Shown: positions 58,701 to 64,000 of the stretch, in pieces
Position numbering within the stretch: the stretch's first letter is position 1
How the letters are laid out: every line of letters starts with the position of its first letter
NCBI GenBank assembly: GCA_904063045.1
Contig: CAJFCJ010000007.1
Span: 2,239,404-2,303,403, forward strand
Source of the DNA: Dimorphilus gyrociliatus
Lineage: Eukaryota; Animalia; Annelida
Direction: 5' to 3'
DNA: 64,000 nucleotides
The notes under the pieces: generated by a model
Databases searched by the model: none
Told to the model about the DNA's origin: nothing
What the model saw: the letters and a program-made list of their open reading frames with translations, nothing else
Made by a program: the position numbers and the translations under genes

Positions 58701-59832
58701 ACAATCTTTTTAGCGTTTGCTAAAATTCTCGGCGTAGGTACGCATATTCTCTCTTCATCCGAATCTGATTCCTCTTCCTTTATTTCATCTTCATCGTTAA
58801 TAGATTCGGCACCATGGGCCATAGCAAGAAAATTATTAGTCGAATTCCAAATAGCTTCATCTAATTATCATCAAAAGATAGATAAGTCTTTATAATTTAT
58901 ATAATAAACAATAATAATAATAGTCTTACTGGAAGCCATTTGCAAAATTACATTTGAGAAACTCTCTTTTAAATCCTTGAATGTTAAAGGTTTCATACTT
59001 TTTACATATTTATCTTTTTTCTGTTAAAGAGAAAGATTAAATGATAAAATGATATTGTATTAGACAAACTCTTACTGGAATTCCACGAAATGGATCTTTA
59101 AATTTCTTTTTCGGTGACCAATTTTGAAAATTGGTTATAGGCTCTTCACTAGATTGTGCCAACTGTGATCTAGGAGGTCCTGGTTCGTTATAAGAGTTTT
59201 TAGGTTGAGAATCGTATCGTTCAATAGCAAGATAATCTTCGTAAAAGACCATTTTTAATGCTTCGGTTATATGTAAATCAAAGAATTTTTCTTGATATTG
59301 TTTAATATGCTGTCTTACTCTTTCAAGATAATGAATAAGCTATATATGAATATTTATAATATTAGTACCTTAACTTTGTGTCCAATTATTAATGACTTAC
59401 TGAATGTCTTCTTATTAAATATTCTTTAAAAGGTTTGCATAATGGAAGAATATCTCGAATAAACTCCCAATGTTCTCGCCTATAGGTTTAGATATACACT
59501 TAATGAAAATAATTAAATTCACTGTTGATTAATCCTTACGTATTCTTTTTCATTGCATCAATGAAAAGAGCAATTAAACTATCGGCTAATTCTTGAACAT
59601 CTTCTTCTTTTGGTTCCTTTATTTCTGTTGAGAATCTTGCTTTATCGTTAGCATCCAAAATATTTTGTAATCTATTTCGAGCTTCATAAGCCCAATTGTT
59701 TATTTGTTCTTCACGGGTTGAAATTGATTTAGAGGCATCGGGAGCGACTAAACACTTTCCTGCAGGTAAAACTGGTAATTTTCTTGGCGATTCGAGATGT
59801 AATCTCATTCCAGTATCCACACGATAAGCCAT
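43749..59832 (-). CDS. DNHD1: Dynein heavy chain domain-containing protein 1 (divergent dynein heavy chain)
   Basis: N-terminal PYDLISVPKDKVNREHFVFSVFGVLHV...W..LW....FFK; linker RREFPRLYMVSDDEL; YEYEYL before AAA1; P-loops GIGGSGKT and GENGCGKS; stalk/MTBD EVRQYREPPDMV. Confidence 0.88.
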
Positions 59833-60010
59833 ATCGCTTAAAGTTGGCAAACAAAACACAAATCACCAATAAAATAAATAATGCTCAAGTATTTATTAAA
59901 GCTTTAAGTGACCATCCATTTGTTCATTTAATAGTTCAACATCACGCGAACGTCTTTAATTTCGTGAATAATTGATCAATAAGCTAACATTTAATCAACG
60001 GCGTCTTCTT

Positions 60011-60100
60011 GTTGCCAAGCCGACCCCGAGCAGACGACAACTAAAAGATTTATCGATAGGTGTCATTACCGGTATTTCGCGGTTTTTGTAAATAAACAAA
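60011..60100. promoter_or_regulatory. Imperfect X-box plus forkhead-type site upstream of DNHD1
   Basis: GTTGCCAAGCCGAC 60011-60024; GTAAATAAACAAA 60088-60100. Confidence 0.3.
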
Positions 60101-60262
60101 TAATAATTGTATTTTATTTAATCATCTAATGTATCAATGCTTTATTTACAATAACAGCCTAATAAAAAAATTCTTTACTTAAAATTATATACATTTCGAC
60201 TATATAAAAAAAATGTAAAATGTGGAATATTGTATAAAAACATTATTTAACGATGAAATCAG

Positions 60263-61503
60263 TTAAGAGTAGGGTTGTCGTTCCATGTATCGTTGATCGT
60301 ATTCTGGATATTGAGAGGTTGGAGGATAGCCTTGATAAATAACGGGAGCTTCAGTTCCTAAGGCGTCAGGATCTTTTTCTGGATAATCTTGACTGTAGTC
60401 GTCATTTATCTGATATGATAGTTGTATTTGACTCTGGGAAGCAGCAAGATTTTGGGCAATATCTAAAAATTCTGCTTCCTTCTTCTTTAATTGATCATAC
60501 GCATCTCGGGCCTGAAAATTGTAATTAGAGATAATTGTTACTATATCTATTATTAATAGAATGTTTCCATTAATTTCCTTACCTGCATAAAATAACAAAC
60601 ACCGGCAGCTATTGATCCCAAACCTGAAATAATAAGAAAGCCGTATCCCCAACTTAAAAAGTTCCAATCTGGTCTGGGCATCCATTCCCAATCTTCGCTC
60701 AATCGTCCAAAAATTGTTCCGATTATAAAGATAAGCATAACTAATTGTAAAAGAATTGGAATTATTAAGGGCTTTTTTGTAATTGATCAATAATAGGGAT
60801 ATAAACAAACCTTTTGCAAAGGAAAGAGCACTAGCAAAGTAAATAGTAAACGTTTGATGATACTCATGATTCAAGACGGGGCAGAAATGTAGCATAATGG
60901 CCATTACCATTATACATGTTACAATGCATATGATAATCGAAGCGATTGCTAGAACTTGGCAAGTTATAAACCATGCTGAAAGAGATAAATACAAACATTA
61001 TTATTTCAGCGCCATCTATATTTCCAGGTATGAATTATAATCCAGGTGAAACAACTTAATAACTTACGGGGTAATAGCCATTCTCTTAGCTTCCAATATT
61101 TATCCTCAGGGTTTAATATCCACCAACAACCATCGTAGACTTCCTGCTTATCATCTTTGTAATGGATGTAGTTCTGAAAACAAGCCTCCCACAATCCTAT
61201 GTTTCTGAAGGTGTTGAACGAATCGGGATAGGTCTGAAGCCAGAAAGGACTGGCGAATGCTATGATTAAACTTGCTAACGAAAATAAATTTGCTCCCAAA
61301 CCGGCCCATAACATGGAACCGATCGGTTTTAAATCCATCCCATTCTCGGGAGCTTCGTCCGCCGCCATTTTCTCAGGTAAATCCTCCGGCGCCATCTGTT
61401 GGTCAGGCGCCCTCTCAATTTCATTAGGGTGGGGATACATCATCGGAACCCTTTCCTCTGGCTCAAATCCAGCTTCATACGATTTAGATCGCTGGACATC
61501 CAT
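60263..61503 (-). CDS. Invertebrate claudin-like protein (Kune-kune/Sinuous type; PMP22/claudin superfamily), 4 exons
   Basis: FASPFWL...NIGLWEACF...GCWW (W-GLW-C-C motif), WFITCQ, WMPRPDWNFLSWGY; four hydrophobic segments; long acidic N-terminus and Tyr/Pro/Gln tail. Confidence 0.85.
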
Positions 61504-61761
61504 TTTGGCGATTTGATTAATAATCTATGACTGTTATCAAACTTAAGGCCGGCGATATGACCTAGGAACACCTGAACATTCTTATATCGATCGGCCTTAA
61601 AAGAAGGAGCCAATCACTGAGCAGTCACGTGGCGCGATTCACGAGATTTAAAGGAAAAAGATGTATATATATATATATATGTATATATGCTTATATAAAT
61701 ATAGATATATATTGTTTACAATATCGAATGATAATTAAACTTGTAAAAAAAAAACAGAAAA

Positions 61762-63434
61762 TTATGAATATAGGTCTAAATCTTGTGCATCAGATACGAG
61801 GCCGCATGGCCTTGTCCATTCTTGACCGTATTCATGGATCCATTTGTTGGCAACCCATTTTTGACCAAGGACAACTGGACATCCAGCATGTATAGTCCTT
61901 GTATCCCCTTCACCAGACCTTTTCATATTATACCATAGGGCAGCAGCACCTTTTACAGGATTCACTGTCACATTTACTTCCGGGAACACTGTCGCACCAC
62001 CGTGAGATATACTTGACAAATAAAAGATAAAAGTAGCAATGCGATTACGGCTTTGACCAAAACTTGATTCCGAAACGTGCGGTTCAAAAAAGTCTTTATG
62101 TGGCTCATATTGACCTCCAATACCATATGTAACTACTTGAAATGGTTCAGCTGTCATCACACCTGATATTTTCGCAGTCTTCAAATGAATTAACCTGTTA
62201 ATTCTATTTGCTATCTTTTCAACCATTTTATCCTGTTCATCGTTTAACCAACCAACTTTGCTTATTCGATTATTACCAGACCATCCACCAATCATTTGCG
62301 CTCTTGCCATAGAAGGATAAGCTAAATCAACAAGTTTATCTGCCTCCTTCTCAGAAATAACATCGTATACTAATGAAATAAGGGGATCGATATTCAACAG
62401 TTCTTCTTTAATAAGTTCGTACGGGATTCTTCCTTTACGATATCGGCAAACTAAAGGCTTCGGAGGAAAATCGTTTCTACAAAGAGCTTCGTACCTCCTA
62501 ATATAGATAGATGACAGATCGGAAATTCTCAGATAATACTATTTATTATCAATAATAACTTACTCAAATTCAGTTGTTACATTTCTCTTCCATATTGAAT
62601 GACCTTTTATTCCCTCAATTTGGATAAATAATTTTAATACTTCCTCATAAAGAGTCTCGTTCTCTGGATCAAGATCTAACACTCTCTCAGCGAATTCTTC
62701 GGCCCCAGTTGAATTTTCCAAAGCCAAATGCGCGTTGACTAGCTATTATATGATATGATATTATTATTATACTTTAGCTGCAATATATGAATTATGCTTA
62801 CTCCTAAATAAGCATCTCTCAACGATGATGAATCCGATTGATTGGTCCTTTCCAAAGCAGCCAATCTCCAAGCTATACCATAATCTTTAAAGTTTGCGCT
62901 CTCTTCAGCAACTCTAGCTATTTCCTGGCATTCAGTTTTAGATAAGGGCTCTGTTTGAACACCAAGAACATGTCCGTTCGCTAGATCTTTAGTATCGATT
63001 TTATATGTTCTTTGAATTCTTAAAACTGAGAGACAAGATCCATCAAAATCGTCTTTTTTGGGTAATTCTGTAATTGATAATCCATCAGTAATTAATTTCA
63101 TGTTTTGTGTACTCGTTGCTTTCTGGGTACTTGCGATCCACAAATTTTGAAACCTTTGAAAGAGTCTAAAAGAATCGATGGGATGATTAAGATTCAAAGG
63201 TTCAAAGATGGGAATTTTGGTATCTCCAACTAGTTCGTAATCTTTAATCAAATCTTCCATTTTTTGAAGATTTTCTTTCATCCATTCCAATTTTACTTCT
63301 TCAGCTTCGTAATACTTCTCCAAACCATTCAAAAGATTATCTTCGTTCTTCAACAGCATGGCGATGTGCCTGATAGATGTGAAAAGTTCGCCATGAACAA
63401 TCGGAAAAAGGCAAAGCAGTAGCAACACCTTCAT
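61762..63434 (-). CDS. P4HA: Prolyl 4-hydroxylase alpha subunit, 3 exons
   Basis: Signal peptide then ELFTSI; GGQYEPHKDF (HxD), NRIATFIFYLS, GGATVFP, TIHAGCPV and KWVANKWIHE. Catalytic residues are intact. Confidence 0.93.
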
Positions 63435-63674
63435 GATAAAAATTATAACAGTGACAATTGAAAAAGTAATACCGCAAGTCTAGACAAGATCAAACATACA
63501 ATGAAAGGGATTAGCCTTGCTTTTTCATATTCAACTATTTCAATATTCAATTATATATTGAGACTTGAAATTTTATTAGTAACGAACTAAAACATAGGTA
63601 AATACAAGTTTTCCTGTACAAATCAGTACGAATACTGAAAAAAATAACATTAGAAAGTTAACACATTTTGTTTT

Positions 63675-63984
63675 TCAATGAATACAAAGCATTGCTCTGG
63701 CGTTCGTAACAAATTCTTCAAATTTATCTGTAAATCGAGTTTTATTTTTTCGATTATTTGTAAAATATTCGTCGTTTGGTGTTAATTCATCAAAGGCACA
63801 TATTAATCTATTTCTAGCTTCTTCTTCTTTCTGTGTTTCTACAATTTGTCGTACCAACGTCTTATATGTATTAACATTGGAAGATATAAGAGAAAATATA
63901 GTGTCAGCCACAGTATCCAACAAATCCATTTCAAAGGGTTCTAACAAGACCATCTGCAAAATGGTTCCCATGAAAGGTTCTAAT
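63675..63984 (-). CDS. XPO4: Exportin-4, last exon (gene continues beyond the window)
   Basis: LEPFMGTILQMVLL...ADTIFSLI...RLICAFDELT...RKNKTRFTDKFEEFVTNARAMLCIH resembles the XPO4 C-terminus. Confidence 0.75.
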
Positions 63985-64000
63985 CTATAAGAAGAAATTT

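Noticed and set aside
1-64000. tRNA, rRNA, snRNA or transposase genes
   Set aside because: No cloverleaf/T-loop context, rRNA-like GC-rich block or transposase/RT motifs recognised by eye. Small ncRNAs in introns cannot be excluded without a covariance-model search.

Overview
AT-rich eukaryotic (animal) DNA with extreme compaction. I can support about 18 protein-coding genes in 64 kb, mostly with 50-90 nt GT-AG introns and intergenic gaps often under 500 bp. The gene set (Boule, invertebrate-type claudin, Cys-loop receptors, DNHD1) and this architecture suggest a miniaturised invertebrate genome, e.g. a meiofaunal annelid such as Dimorphilus; that assignment is inference only. Genes in order: CIR1 plus an internally deleted tandem copy, syntenin, ALG3, a small secreted F-type-lectin/discoidin-fold protein, TTC37/SKI3, an orphan Ser/Pro-rich protein with mitotic linear motifs, two tandem divergent nAChR-like subunits, RBM45, TMEM106, DPP7, a ~1470-aa DUF1399/GRDP-like protein with a large repetitive low-complexity tail, ABCB6, Boule, DNHD1, a Kune-kune/Sinuous-like claudin, a prolyl 4-hydroxylase alpha and the 3' end of exportin-4. 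I saw no rRNA, tRNA, CRISPR array or autonomous transposon. The most notable observations are: (1) a paralog-specific 166-nt insertion in receptor A with terminal inverted repeats and a flanking 6-bp direct repeat, removable only as a non-canonical GT-TG intron; (2) the receptor pair has lost most of the acetylcholine aromatic box; (3) the DUF1399 protein carries a recently expanded 105/210-bp glycine-zipper-like repeat; (4) TFEB/MITF-type E-boxes sit upstream of four endolysosomal genes. All family calls come from recalled motifs and hand-splicing, not database searches.
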